Of a DNA stretch of 64,000 nucleotides, positions 36,626 to 51,849 are shown in pieces. The first letter of the stretch is position 1. Each line of letters opens with the position of its first letter. Origin of the DNA: Mobula birostris (Eukaryota); NCBI RefSeq assembly GCF_030028105.1, contig NC_092397.1, positions 12,539,271 through 12,603,270 on the forward strand. Direction: 5' to 3'. The translations under genes and the position numbers were made by a program. Below the pieces are notes generated by a model, which did not search any database, was not told the DNA's origin, and worked only from the letters and a program-made list of their open reading frames with translations.

Positions 36626-39600
36626 GCAGTTGGGCACCACACGAATCAAATACCACCACGGACTGGGATACGGGGCATTTGGGCTCCACGGGGAATCAAA
36701 TATCATCCTGGACTGGAATAAGGGGCAGTTGGGCACCACTGGGTATAAAATATCTGGACTGAGATATGGGGCAGTTGGGCACCACAGGGAATCAAATATC
36801 ATCCTGGACTGGGATATGGGGCAGTTGGGCTCCAATAGGTATAAAACTCATCCTGGAGTGACATACGAGCAAGTTGAGCACCACTGGGTATAAAACAGAT
36901 CCTGGACTGGGATACAGGGCAGTTGGGCACCACTGGGTATAAAACATATCCTGGACTGAGATACGGGGCAGTTGGGCACCACTGGGTATAAAACACATCC
37001 TGGACTGGGATACGGAGCATTTGGGCTCCACTGGGTATAAAACACATCCTGGACTGGGATACAGGGCAGTTGGGCACCACTGGGTATAAAACATTATGGG
37101 CTGGGATACGGGTAGTTGAGTACCACTGGGTAGAAAACATCCTGGACTGAGATACGGGCAGTTAGGCACCACTGCGTATAAAACACGTACTGGACTGGGA
37201 TACGGGGCACTTGGGCAGCACGGGGAATCAAATAGCATCCTGGACTGGGATACGGGGCAGTTGGGTACCACTGAGTATAAAACACATCTTGGACTGGAAT
37301 AGGGCAGTTGGGCACCACTGGGTATAAAACATCCTGGACTGAGATAATTGGCAGTTGGGCACCACTGGGTATAAAACACATCCTGGACTGGGATATGGGG
37401 CAGTTGGGCTCCAATAGGTATAAAACTCATCCTGGACTGAGATACGAGCAAGTTGGGCTCCAATAGGTATAAAACTCATCCTGGACTGAGATACGAGCAA
37501 GTTGGGCTCCAGTAGGTATAAAACAGATCCTGGACTGGGATACAGGGCAGTTGGGCACCACTGGGTATAAAACAGATCCTGGACTGGGGTACGGGGCGGT
37601 TGGGCTCCACCGGGTATAGAACATCCTGGACTGGGATACGGGATATTTGGGCACCACTGGGTATAAAACACATCCTGGAATGGGATATGGGGCATTTGGG
37701 CACCACTGGGTATAAAACATTATGGGCTGGGATACGGGTAGTTGAGTACCACTGGGTAGAAAACATCCTGGACTGAGATACGGGCAGTTGGGCACCACTG
37801 CGTATAAAACACGTACTGGACTGGGATACGGGGCACTTGGGCAGCACGGGGAATCAAATAGCATCCTGGACTGGGATACGGGGCAGTTGGGTACCACTGA
37901 GTATAAAACACATCTTGGACTGGAATAGGGCAGTTGGGCACCACTGGGTATAAAACATCCTGGACTGGGAGATGGGACATCTCGGCTCCACAGGGAATCA
38001 AATATCATCCAGGACTGGAATACGGGGCAATAGGGCACCACTGGGTATGAAACATCCTGGACTGGGATACGGGATATTTGGGCACCGCTGGGTATAAAAC
38101 ACATCCTGCAATGGGATATGGGGCATTTGGGCAGCACGGGGAATCAAATATCATCCCGGACTGGGATATGGGGCAGTTGGGCTCCAATAGGTATAAAACT
38201 CATCCTGGACTGAGATAAGAGCAAGTTGGGTTCCAATAGGTATAAAACAGATCCTGGACTGGGATACAGGGCAGTTGGGCACCACTGAGTATAAAACACA
38301 TCTTGGACTGGAATAGGGCAGTTCGGCACCACTGGGTAGAAAACATCCTGGACTGAGATAATTGGCAGTTGGGCACCACTGGGTATAAAACACATCCTGG
38401 CCTGGGATATGGGGCAGTTGGGCTCCAATAGGTATAAAACTCATCCTGGACTGAGATACGAGCAAGTTGGGTTCCAATAGGTATAAAACAGATCCTGGAC
38501 TGAGATGCAGGGTAGTTGGGCACCACTGGGTATAAAACAGATCCTGGACTGGGGTACGGGGCGGTTGGGCACCACTGGGTATGAAACATCCTGGACTGGG
38601 ATACGGGGCATTTGGGCACTGCTGGCTATAAAACACATCTTGGAATGGGATATGGGGCATTTGGGCAGCACAGGGAATCAAATATCATCCTGGACTGGGA
38701 TACGGGGTAGTTGGGCTCCAATAGATATAAAACCCATCCTGGACTGGAATAAGGGGCAGTTGGGCAGCACTGGGTATAAAACATTCTGGACTGAGATACG
38801 GGGCAGTTGGGCACCACAGGGAATCAAATATCATCCTGGACTGGAATAAGGGGCAGTTGGGCACCACTGGGTATAAAACATCCTGGACTGGGATATGGGG
38901 CAGTTGGGCACCACTGGGTAGAAAATATCCTGGACTGGGATATGGGGCAGTTGGGCACCACTGGGTAGAAAATATCCTGGACTGAGATAATTGGCAGTTG
39001 GGCACCACTGGGTATAAAACATATTCTGGACTGGGATATGGGGCAGTTGGGCTCCAATAGGTATAAAACTCATCCTGGACTGAGATACGAGCAAGTTGGG
39101 CTCCAATAGGTATAAAACAGATCCTGGACTGGGATACAGGGCAGTTGGGCACCACTGGGTATAAAACACATCCTGGACTGGGATACGGGGCGGTTGGGCT
39201 CCACTGGGTATAGAACATTTCCAGGACTGGAATACGGGGCAGTTGGGCACCACTGGGTATGGAACATCCTGGACTGGGATACGAGGCATTTGGGCACCGC
39301 TGGGTATAAAACACATCCTGGACTGAGATACGGGGCAGTTGGGCTCCAATGGGTATAAAACCCATCCTGGACTGGGATACGGGACATTTGGGCTCCATGG
39401 GGAATCAAATATCATCCTGGACTGGAATAAGGGGCAGTTGGGCACCACTGGGTATAAAACATCCTGGACTGGGATACGGGGTAGTTGGGCATCACTGGGT
39501 AGAAAACATCCTGGACTGAGATAATTGGCAGTTGGGCACCACTGGGTATAAAACACATCCTGGACTGGGATACGGGGCGGTTGAGCTCCACTGGGTATAG

Positions 39601-42600
39601 AACATTTCCAGGACTGGAATACGGGACAGTTGGGCACCACTGGGCATGAAACATCCTAGACTGGGATACGGGGCATTTGTGCACCACTGGCTATAAAACA
39701 CATCCTGGAATGCGATATGGGGCATTTGGGCAGCACAGGGAATCAAATATCATCCTGGACTGGGATACGGGACATTTGGGCTCCACGGGGAATCAAATAT
39801 CATCCTGGACTGGAATAAGGGGTAGTTGGGCACCACTGGGTATAAAACATCCTGGACTGGGATACGGGGTAGTTGGGCACCACTGGGTAGAAAACATCCT
39901 GGACTGGGATAATTGGCAGTTGGGCACCACTGGGTATAAAACACATCCTGGACTGGGATATGGGGCAGTTGGGCTCCAATAGGTATAAAACTCATCCTGG
40001 ACTGAAATACGAGCAAGTTGGGCTCCAATATGTATAAAACAGATCCTGGACTGGGATACGGGGTAGTTGGGCACCACTGGGTAGAAAACATTCTGGGCTG
40101 AGATAATTGGCAGTTGGGCACCACTGGATATAAAACACATCCTGGACTGGGATATGGGGCAGTTGGGCTCCAATAGGTATAAAACTCATCCTGGACTGAA
40201 ATACGAGCAAGTTGGGCTCCAATATGTATAAAACAGATCCTGGACTGGGATACAGGGCAGTTGGGCACCACTGGGTATAAAACAGATCCTAGACTGGGGT
40301 ACGGGGCGGTTGGGCACCACTGGGTATGAAACATCCTAGACTGGGATACGGGGCATTTGGGCACCACTGGGTATAAAACACATCCTGAAATGGGATATGG
40401 GGCATTTGGGCAGCACAGGGAATCAAATATCATCCTGGACTGGGATACGGGGCAGTTGGGCTCCAATGGGTATAAACCCCATCCTGGGCTGGGATACGGG
40501 ACAGTTGGATACCACTGAGTATAAAACATCCTGGACTGAGATAATTGGCAGTTGGGCACCACTAGGTATAAAACACATCCTGGACTGGGATATGGGGCAG
40601 TTGGGCTCCAATAGGTATAAAACTCATCCTGGACTGAGATACGAGCAAGTTGGGCTCCAATAGGTATAAAACAGATCCTGGACTGGGATACAGGGCAGTT
40701 GGGCACCACTGGGTATAAAACAGATCCTGGACTGGGGTATGGGGCGGTTGGGCTCCACTGGGTATAGAACATCCTGGACTGGGATACGGGATATTTGGGC
40801 ACCACTGGGTATAAAACACATCCTGGAATGGGATATGGGGCATTTGGGCAGCACAGTGAATCAAATATCATCCTGGACTGGGATACGGGGCGGTTGGGCT
40901 CCAATAGGTATAAAACTCATCCTGGACTGGGATACGGGGCAGTTGGGCTCCACTGGGTATAGAACATTTCCTGGACTGGAATACGGGGCAGTTGGGCACC
41001 ACTGAGTATAAAACATCCTGGACTGGGATACGGGGCATTTGGGCTCCACGGGGAATCAAATATCATCCTGGACTGGAATAAGGGGCAGTTGGGCACCACT
41101 GGGTATAAAACATCCTGGACTGGGATATGGGGTAGTTGGGCACCACTGGGTAGAAAACATCCTGGACTGAGATAATTGGCAGTTGGGCACCACTGGGTAT
41201 GAAACACATCCTGGACTGGGATACGGGGCGGTTGGGCACCACTGGGTATAAAACACATCCTGGACTGGGATACGGGGCGGTTGGGCACCACTGGGTATAA
41301 AACACATCCTGGACTGGGATACGGGGCGGTTGGGCTCCACTGGGTATAGAACATTTCCTGGACTGAGATACGGCGCAGTTGGGCACCACAGGGAATCAAA
41401 TATCATCCTGGACTGGGATACAGGGCAGTTGGGCTCCAATAAGTTTAAAACCCATCCTGGACTGGGATACAGGGCAGCTTCCAGCACGGGGTATAAAAAT
41501 ATCATACTCATCAGGATATGGGGCAGTTAGGCGTCACAGGGAACCAAATATTATCTGGGCTAGGATACGGGGTAGTTCAGCACCTCGGGGTATAAAATAC
41601 AATCCTGGTTTTGGGTAAGCGCAGTTGGGCACCTTAGGGAATTGGGGATTCCCGTACCATCAAGGATGGGGATACGGGATAGCTCGGCACGACGGGGTAT
41701 CAAATACAATCCTGCGCTGGAATGATGGGCACCATCGGGTATCAATTACCATCCTGCGCTGGGCTATGGGGTAGTTGGGCACTGTGAGATATCAATGTCC
41801 AGGACTGGGAAGATGGGCACCTCGGGGTATCAAATATCAACCAAGCTGGGATGTGGCCCTTGGGCACCATTGGGAATACCATCTTGGCTTGCACGTGGCA
41901 GCTGGGCACCACAGGGAATCAAATACGATCCAGGACAGGTATAAGGAGCAGGTGGGCACCCACAGGGAATCAGATACCATCAAGAACTGGGTTAGGGGGC
42001 AAATAGGCAGTACAGGGAATTCAATACCACCCTGCTCTGGGATACGGGGTAAGTGGGCACCACAGGAATCAAATACCACCCTGGACAGGGATACGGGGCA
42101 GCTGGGCACCACGGGGAATGAAATACCCTGCTCGGGAGTGATATGGGATTGTTGAGAACCAGACGGAATGGAAACTATCCTGGACAGGAATGAGGGGCAG
42201 ATGGGATATCAGATAACATCTTGGCTGGGATGTGGCAGCTGAGCACTATTGGAAATCAAATACCACCCTGGACTGGGATAAGAGGTAGATGGGCACCACA
42301 GGAAACCAAATACCGTCTTGCCTTCAGATACTATGCAGTTGGGCACCGCAGGGAATGGAATACCATCAAGGACGGGGAAATGGGGTGTCTGGGCACCATG
42401 AGGTATCAATTACAATCCTGCACTGGGATACGGGGTAGCGGGGGCCGCTGGGTATCAAATACAATCCTGGACTGGGATGAGGGGCAAATGGGCCCTAAAG
42501 AAAATCAAGTACCATCCTGGGGTTGGATACCGTGCAGTTAGGGTCCTCGGGGAATCCCATACCATCAACGACGGGGATACGGGATAACTGGGCACCATGG

Positions 42601-45600
42601 GGTATTAGTTACAATTGCACTGGGAAGGAGGGCAGTTGCGCACCAGGGGGGAATGAAATACCATCTCGGCTGGGGGATGTGGTAGCTGAGCACTATCAAA
42701 TGCTATCAAGGACTGGAATGAGCGGCAAATGGGCCCGACAGGAAACCAAATAACCATCCTGGTTTCAGATACTATGCGGTTGGGCACCTCAGGGAATCAA
42801 ATACCATCCTGGGCAGGGATGTGGGGCAAATGGGCCGTACAGGAAATCAAGTACCATACTGGTTTCGGACATGTGCAGTTGGGCACCACAGAGAATAAAA
42901 TATCATTGTGGACAGGGTTAGGGGGTAAATGGGCACCATGGGGTATCAATTATCATCCTGCAGTGGTATAAGGAGGTTGGTTGGGCACCACAGAGTATCT
43001 GGTAAAATCCTGGATTGGGATACGGGGCAGCTGGGCACCTCAGGGGATCAAATACCATCGAGGACTGGGATATGGGGTAGTTGGACACCATGGGGTATCA
43101 AATACCCAGCTTGACTGGGCTACAGGGTAGTTGAGAACCAGACAGAATTAAAACCAAACTGGACTGCGATACAGGGTAGTTGGGCACCGCAGTGAATCAA
43201 GTACCACCCTGCACTGGAATACTGGATAGTTGGGCACCACGGGGATATATTACCACACTGAACTGGCATATAGGGCAGCTGGCAACCACGGAGACTCAAA
43301 TATTACCCTGGCTGGTATGTGTCAGCTGGGAACCACAAGGAATCAAAAAGCATCCTGGACAGGGATACTGGGCAGTTAGAAACCTCAGGGTATCAAATAC
43401 AATCCTGGACTGGGATATGGGGCAAATGGGCCGTACAGGAACCTGGGTTCTGATACTGTGCAATTGGGCACCGCAGGGAATCAGATACCATCAAAGACAT
43501 GGATACGGGGTAGCTGGGCACCATGGGGTATCAAATGGATCCAGGACAGGGATAAAGGGGAAGGTGGGCCCACAGGGAATCAGATTCCCTGATCGACTAG
43601 AATACAGGGTTGTTGAGCACCACGGGGCATCAAAAAAATCCTGGATTGAGATACGTGGCAGTTGGGCATCACGGGGAATCAAATACCATCAAGGACAGAT
43701 TTAGGGGGCAAATGGGCACTACTGGGAATTCAATACCACCCTGCACTGGGATACGGGGTAGTTGGGCACCACAGGAATCAAATAACCATCCTGGACTGTG
43801 TTACGGGGCACCTGGGCACCACGGGGAATGAAATATCCTGCTCGATAGGGATATGGATTGTTGAGAACCAGAGGGAATCAAAGCCATCCTGATCTGGGAT
43901 ACGGAGCAGTTGGGACGTCAAATAACATCTTGGCTGGGTTGTGGCAGCTGAGCACTATGCGAACTCAAATACCACTCTGGTTTCAGATACTGTACAGTTG
44001 GGCACCTCAGGGAATCAAATACCATCAAGGACGGGGTAGCTGGGCACTGTGGGGTATCAACTGCCATCCTCGACTGGGATAAGGGCTGCTGGTCACTGCA
44101 GGATATCAATACCATCGGGGACTTAAATACGGGGAAGATGGGCACCATTAGGAATCAAATAGCCTCGTGGACTGGAATAGGGGGCAGTTAAGCACCATGG
44201 GGTATCAAAAAGTGTCCTAGACTGGGATACGGGGTAGTTGGGCACCGCGAGGTATCAAATATCAACCAAGCTGGGATGTGGCCCTTGGGCACCATTGGGA
44301 ATCAAATGCCATCTTGGCTGGCATGTGGCAGCTGAGCACCACAGGGACCCCACCTAATCGACTAGGATACAGGGTTGTTGGGCACTACGGGGTATCAAAA
44401 AATCCTGGATTGGGAGACGTGGCAGTTGAACATAGAATAGTACAGCACATTACAGGCCCTTCGGCCCACAATGTTGTGCCGACCCTCAAACCCTGCCTCC
44501 CATATCACCCCCCACCTTAAATTTCTCCATATACCTGTCTAGTAGTCTCTTAAACTTCACGATTGTATTTGCCTCCACCACTGACTCAGGCAGTGCATCC
44601 ACGCACCAACCACTCTCTGAGTAAAAAGCCTTCCTCTAATATCCCCCTTGAACTTCCCACCACTTACCTCAAAGCCATATCCCCTTGTATTGAGCAGTGG
44701 TGCCCTGGGGAAGAGGTGCTGGCTATCGACTCTCTATCTGTTTTTCTTAATATCTTGTACACCTCTATCATGTGTCCTCTCATCCTCCTTCTCTCCAAAA
44801 AATAACACCCTAGCTCGCTTAATCTCTGATCATAATACATACTCTCTAAACCAGGCAGCATCTTGGTAAATCTCCTCTGTACCCTTTCCAATGCTTCCAC
44901 ATCCTTCTTATAGTGAGGTGACCAGAACTGGACACAGTACTCCAAGTGTGGCCTAACCAGAGTTTTATAGAGCTGCATCATTACATCGCGACTCTTAAAC
45001 TCTATCCCTCGACTTATGAAAGCTAACACCCCATAAGCTTTCTTAACTAACCTATCTACCTGTGAGGCAACTTTCAGGGATCTGCGGACATGTACCCTCA
45101 GATCCCTCTGCTCCTCCACACTACCAAGTATCCTGCCATTTACTTTGTACTCTGCCTTGGAGTTTGTCCTTCCAAAGTGTACCACCTCACACTTCTCCGG
45201 GTTGAACTCCATCTGCCACTTCTCAGCCCACTTCTGCATCCTATCAATGTATCTGCAATCTTTGACAATCCTCTACACTATCCACAACACCACCAACCTT
45301 TGTGTCGTCTGCAAACTTGCCAACCCACCATTCTACCCCCACATCCAGGTCGTTAATAAAAATCACGAAAAGTAGAGGTCCCAGAACAGATCCTTGTGGG
45401 ACACCACTAGTCGTAATCCTCCAATCTGAATGTACTCCCTCCACCACGACCCTCTTGCCTTCTGCAGGCAAGCCAATTCTGAACCCACCTGGCGAAACTT
45501 CCCCGGATCCCATGCCTTCTGACTCTCTGAATAAGCTTACTGTGTGGAACCTTGTCAAATGCCTTACTAAAATCCATATAGATCACATCCACTGCACTAC

Positions 45601-48320
45601 TGTCATCTACATGCCTGGTCACCTCCTCAAAGAACTCTATCAGGTTTGTTAGACACGATCTGCCCTTAACAAAGCCATGCTGACTGTCCCTTATCAGACC
45701 ATGATTCTCTAAATGCCCAGAGATCCTATCTCTAAGAATATTTTCCAACAGCTTTCCCACCACAGACGTAAGGCTCACTGGTCTATAATTACCCGAACTA
45801 TCCCTACTACCTTTTTTGAACAAGGGGACAACATTCGCCTCCCTTCAATCCTCTGGCACCATTCCCGTGGACAACGAGGACATAAAAATCCTAGCCAGAG
45901 GCTTAGCAATCTCTTCCCTCGCCTCATGGAGCAGCCTGGGGAATATTCCGTCAGGCCCCGGGGACTTATCTGTCCTAATGTATTTTAACAACTCCAACAC
46001 CTCCTCTCCCTTAATATCAACATGCTCCAGAACATCAACCTCACTCATATTGACCTCACCATCATCAAGTTCCCTCTCATTGGTGAATACCGAATAGAAG
46101 TATTCATTGAGGACCTCGCTCACTTCCACAGCCTCCAGGCACATCCTCCCACCTTTATCACTAATCGGTCCTACCTTCAATCCTGTCATCCTTTTGTTCT
46201 TCACATAATTGAAGAATGCCTTGGGGTTTTCCTTCACCCTACTCACCAAGGCCTTCTCATGCCCCCTTCTTGCTCTTCTCAGCCCCTTCTTAAGCTCCTT
46301 TCTTGCTTCCCTATATTCCTCAATAGACCCATCTGATCCTTGCTTCCAAAACTTCATGTATGCTGCCTTCTTCCACCTGACTAGATTTTCCATCTCACAC
46401 GTCACTCATGGTTCCTCCAGCCTACCATTCTTTATCTTGGACACCACGGGGAATCAAATACCATCAAGGACTGGAATAGAGGGCTGGGATACGGGGTAGC
46501 TGGGCACCAGGGGGTTTCAATTATAATCCTGTACTGGGATACGGGGTAGCTGGGCACCATGGGGCATCAATCACATTTGCACTGGGAAGAAGGGCAGTTG
46601 CACGCCAGGGGGAATGAAGTGCCACCTTGGCTGGAGCATGTGGCGGCTGAGCACTGTGGGGAATCACATACGGTCCTGGACTGGGATACGGGCCAGCTGG
46701 GCACCTCAGGGTATCAAATACCATCGACTGGGATGCGGGGCAGTTGGGCACCATGGGGGACCAAATACCCTGCTGGACAGGGCTACAGGGTAGTTGAGAA
46801 CCAGACAGAATTAAAACCAAACTGGACTGCGATACCGGGCAGTTGGGCACTGCAGAGAATCAGGTACCATCCTGCACTGGAATACGGGGTAGCTGGGCAC
46901 CCACATAAATCTATTACCGCACTGGACTGGCATATAGGGCAGCTGGGCACCACGGAGAATCAAATATTACCCTGGCTGGTATGGTGTCAGCTGGGCACCA
47001 CGGGGAATCAAAAAACATCCTGGACGGGGATACAGGGTGGTTGGTGACCACAGGAATTAAGTTCTATCATGGACTGGGATAATGGGCATTTAGGCTCCAC
47101 GGGGAATGAAATACCCGCTCAACCTGGATACGAGGCAGTTGGGCAGTTCAAGGAATCAAATACCACCCTGGACTGAGATATAGGACAGCTAGGTACCTCA
47201 GGGTATCAAATATCATCTGGGCTGGGTTAAGGGGCAAATGGGCCCTACAGGAAATCAAATACAATCCTGGGTTTGGCACTGCGCAGTTGTGCACCTCAGG
47301 GAATCAAGTACCATCCTGGACTGGGGTGCGGATCAGTTGGGCAACAGGGGGAATGAAATGCTCGGCTCGACAGGGATACAAGGTAGTTGAGAACCAGAGG
47401 GAATCAAAACCATCTTGGACTGCCATATGGGGTAGTTGGGCACTGCGGGATATCAAATAATGTCCAGGACAGGGATACAGGGCAGTTGGTCACAAGAAGG
47501 AATTGCATACTATCCTGGACAGGGATACAGTGTAGTTGGGCACCACGGGAATCAAATTCCATCCTGGGATACAGGTCAGCCTGGCAACACGAGGTATCAA
47601 ATATCGAACTGAAACAGGATACGGGGCAATTCGGTACCACGGGGTATCAAATACGATCTGGGCTGCGATACGGGGCAGTTGGGCACCTCAGGGAATAAAA
47701 TACTGTTGGGGTCTGGGATGCGGGACAAATGGGCCCTACATGAAATCAAATACCATCCTGGGTTGGGATACTGTGCAGCTGGGCACCGCAGGGGATCCCA
47801 TACCATCCTGCACTGGGATACGGGGATGATGGGAACCTCGGAGTATCAAATACCAACCGAGCTGGGATGTGGCCCTTGGGCACCATTGGGAATCAAATAC
47901 TATCTTGGCTGGCATGTGGCAGCTGGGCACCACAGAGAATCAGATACCCTGTTCGACTAGGATACAGGGTTGTTGGGCACCACGGGGTATCAAAAAAATC
48001 CTGGATTGGGATACACGGCAGTTTGGCACCACAGGGAATCAAATACCATCAAGAACTGGGATGGGGGCAAATGGGCACTACTGCGAATTCAATAGCATCC
48101 TGCACTGGGATACAGGGTTACTGGGCACCACAGGAATCAAATACCATCCTGGTCTGGGATACGGGGTAGCTGGGAATGAAATACCCTGCTCGACAGCGAT
48201 ACGGGCTAGCTGAGAACGAGAGAGAATCAAGACCATCTTGGACAGGAAAGCGGGGTAGTTGGAATATCAAATAACATCTTGGGCACTATGGACAGGGATA
48301 CGGGGCAAATGGGCACTGCA
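36626..48320. repeat. 49-bp satellite array, about 200 monomers, interrupted by a CR1
   Basis: Monomer CATCCTGGACTGGGATACGGGGCAGTTGGGCACCACTGGGTATAAAACA (period 49 at 41221/41270); homogeneous to ~41470, divergent afterwards. Confidence 0.97.
44429..46436 (-). mobile_element. CR1 LINE (5'-truncated ORF2) inserted in the satellite
   Basis: RT ORFs at 44664-46405(-); splits monomer gcagttg|gacaccac; 3-bp TSD TTG. Confidence 0.95.
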
Positions 48321-48324
48321 GGAC

Positions 48325-48830
48325 CCATTCAGGGCCCCAAACAGACCTTCCGAGTGAGGCAACATTTCACCTGCACATCTGATGGGGTGAGGGGGTGTCA
48401 TCTATTGTGTCCGGTGCTCCCGATGCAGCCCCCTCTATGGCGGTGAGACCTGCGGCAAAGTGGGGCACCACTTCGTCAAACACCTCCGCTCCAACAGAAC
48501 TTCCCAATGGCCAAACGTTTTAATTCCCATTCCTGTTCCAACATGTCGGTTCATGGCCTCCTCTTGCAGCTACAATGGGGCCATCCTCAGTGGAGGAGCA
48601 ACACCTTATATTCCTTCTGGGTAACCTTGCATAGTTATTGATTTCTCCTTCCTGTTAATAAAAGGAATTCCCTCCCTTTCCCTGTTTTTCTATTTCCCGT
48701 TCTGGGCTCTTACCCCTTCTCACCTTCCTATCACACTGTGCCCTTCCTCCTTCCCTTTCTCCTTTCGTCCTCTCCCCTCTCCTGTCAGATTCCTTCCTCA
48801 CCAGCTCTTTTCGATCCTCATCCACAAAAG
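48325..48830 (+). mobile_element. Penelope-like GIY-YIG remnant
   Basis: QGPKQTFRVRQHFTC..IYCVRCSRC..LYGGET, homologous to 18950-19300. Confidence 0.75.
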
Positions 48831-48864
48831 CTGCTGCTTTTGTGATAATGGCGACTCGTAGATA

Positions 48865-51385
48865 TCATAAGACCATAAGATATAGGAGCAGAAGTAGGCC
48901 ATTCAGCCTATCGAGTCTGCTCCGCCATTCAATCACGGGCTGATCCAATTCTTCCAGTCATCCCCACTTTCCTGCCTTCACCCCATACCTTTTGATGCCC
49001 TGGCTAATCAAGAACCTGTCTATCTCTGTCTTAAATGCACCCAATGACTTGGCCTCCACAGCCGCACATGGCAACAAATTCCACAGATTTACCACCCTCT
49101 GACTAAACTAATTTTTTCGTATCTCTGTTCTAAATAGATGTCCTTCAATCCTGAAGTCTTGCCCTCTTGTCCTAGAGTCCTCTACCATGGGAAATAACTT
49201 TGCCATATCCAATCTGTTCAGGCCTCTTAATGTTTCTATGAGATCCGCCCCCCCCCCGCCATTCCCCTGAACTCCAAGGAATACAGCCCAAGCGCTGCCA
49301 TACGTTCTTCATACAGTAACCCTTTCATTCCTGGAATCATTTTCGTGAATCTTCTCTGAACCCTCTCCAATGTCAGTATATTCTTTCTAAAATAAGGAGC
49401 CAAAAACTGCACACAATACTCCAAGTGTGGTCTTAAGAATGCCTCAAGGAGCCTCAACATCACATCCCTGCTGTTGTATTCTATACCTCTAGAAATGAAT
49501 GCCAACATTGCATTCAATTTCTTCACCAACGACTCAACCTGCAGGTTAATCTTTAGGGTATCCTACACAAGGATCCCCAACTCCCTTCGCATCTCTGCAG
49601 TTTGAATTCTCTCCCCATCTAAATAATAGTCTGCCTATTTATTTCTTCCACCAAAGTGCATGATCATACACTTTCCAACATTGTGTTTCATTTGCCACTT
49701 CTTTGCCCATTCTCCTAAACTATCTAAGTCTCTCTGCAGGCTCTCTGTTTCCTCAACACTACCTGCTCCTTTACCTATCTTTGTATCATCGGCAACTTTA
49801 GCCACAAATCCATTAATACCGTAGTCCAAATCATTGACATACATCGTAAAAAGCAGCGGTCCCAACAACGACCCCTGTGGAACTCCATTGGTAACTGGCA
49901 GCCAGCCAGAATAGGATCCCTTTATTCCCACTCTCTGTTTTCTGCCAATCAGCCAATGCTCCACCCATGCTAGTAACTCCCCTGTAATTCCATGGGCTCT
50001 TACCTTGCTAAGCAGCCTCATGTGCAGCACCTTTTAAAGGCCTTCTGAAAATCCAAGAACAGCACATTTACTGCATCTCCTTTAACTACCCTGCTTATAA
50101 TTTCTTCAAAAAATTGCACTAGGTTTATCAGGCAGAATTTTCCTTTCAGGAAACCATGCTAGCTTTGACCTATCTTGTCATGTGCCTCCAGGTATTCCGT
50201 AATCTCATCCCCAATAATGGATTCCAACAATTTCCCAACCACTGATGTCAGGCTAACAGGTCTATAGTTTCCTTTCTGCTGCCTCCCACCCTTCTTAAAT
50301 AGCGAAGTAACATTTGCAATTTTCCAGTCATTTGGTACAATGCCAGAATCTAATGATCCTTAAAAGATCATTATTAATGCCCCCGCAATCTCTCCAGATA
50401 CTTCCTTCAGAACCCAAGGGTGCATTCCATCTGGTCCAGGAGATTTATCCACCCTCAGACCATTAAGCTTCCTGAGCACCTTCTCAGTCATAATTTTCAC
50501 TGCACAAATTTCACTTCCCTGATACTCTTGAATATCAGGTATACTGCAGATGTCTTCCACTGTGAAGACTGATGCAAAATACACATTCAGTTCCTCTGCC
50601 ATCTCTCTGTCTCTCGTTACAATATCTCCAGTGTCATTTTCTGTTGGTCCTATATCTATTCTCAACTTTCTTTTACCCTTTATATACTTAAAAAAGCTTT
50701 TAGTGTTTTCCTTGATATTAGTCGCCAGCTTCCCTTCGTAATTCATCTTTTCCTTCCTACTGACCTTCTTAGTTTCCTTCAGCAATTTTTTAAAAGCTTC
50801 CCAATCCTCTATCTTCCCACTAGCTCTGCCCTCTCTTTTGCTTTTACTTTGGCTCTGACTTCACTTGTCAGCCACAGTACTGTACTTCTTCCATTCAAAA
50901 AAAAATTATTTGGAATATATCTGTCTTGCACTTCCCTCATTTTTCACAGAAACTCCAGGCCACAGCTGCTCTGCAGTCCTTCCTGCTAGTGTCCCTTTCC
51001 AGTCAACTTTCGCCAATTTCCCTGTCATGCCATTGTAGCTTCATTTATTCCACTGAAATACCGACAGATTGGATTTTAGTTTCTCCTTTTGAAGTTTCAA
51101 AGCGAACTCGATCATATTGTGATCACTGTTCCCTAAGGGTTCCCTAACCTTAAGCACCTCCGGATCATCACACAACACCCATTTCAGCACAGCCGATCCC
51201 CTAGTCGGCTCAACAACAAGCTGCTCTGAAAAGCCATCCCTTAGACATTCTACAGATTCTCTCTCTTGAGGTCGTGGTTTTTCCAATCCGCTCTCATGCT
51301 AAAATTCCCAACGATTATCATGACATTGCTCTTCTATCTCCTGCTGTGATTTGTAATCCACATCCCGGCTGCTGTTTGGAGTCAT
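48865..51385 (-). mobile_element. CR1 LINE ORF2 (partial EN plus RT), degenerate
   Basis: [47 protein letters not shown]; tail cataagaccataaga on +. Confidence 0.92.
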
Positions 51386-51849
51386 TACTGGAGTGTGAAG
51401 GAGGATCAGATCCTGTCTCCCATTCCTGTTTTAATTAAGAAGTTCCCCACATCCCTACCCCGGCTGCCAAGACTATCCTGCCCAGATCTATGCTCATGTG
51501 TTAACCCTTCCATTCCCAGAAGGACCTTTTCTGGAAGCACATTCTTTCTTAAATAAAGTAGACCAGAACTGCTCCAAAATGAGGTCTCACAGGTGTCTTG
51601 TAACGCCTCAGCATTACACACTTCCTTTTATATTGTAGTCCTCTCAAAATAACTGCTAGCATTGCATTTGCCTTCCTCACCACCGGCTCTGCCTACAAGT
51701 TAGATTTTGGGGAATCCTGCAGGAGGTCTCCCAAGTCCCTTTGCACCTCTGATTCCTGAATTTGCTCCCTGAAACTCCCCATCAGTGTGTCCATAAGGAC
51801 AGTCATATTAACCTCTGCCCCAGAGATACTGAAGGCAACGGAGGCTGCG

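Noticed and set aside
36792-41511. Many long minus-strand ORFs (up to 384 aa) with CPTAPYPSPG-type repeats
   Set aside because: Artefact of a 49-bp monomer that lacks minus-strand stops; all three frames are open and indels shift the frame freely
36626-48320. CRISPR-like array
   Set aside because: No unique spacers (variable parts are homologous variants), no cas genes, vertebrate context
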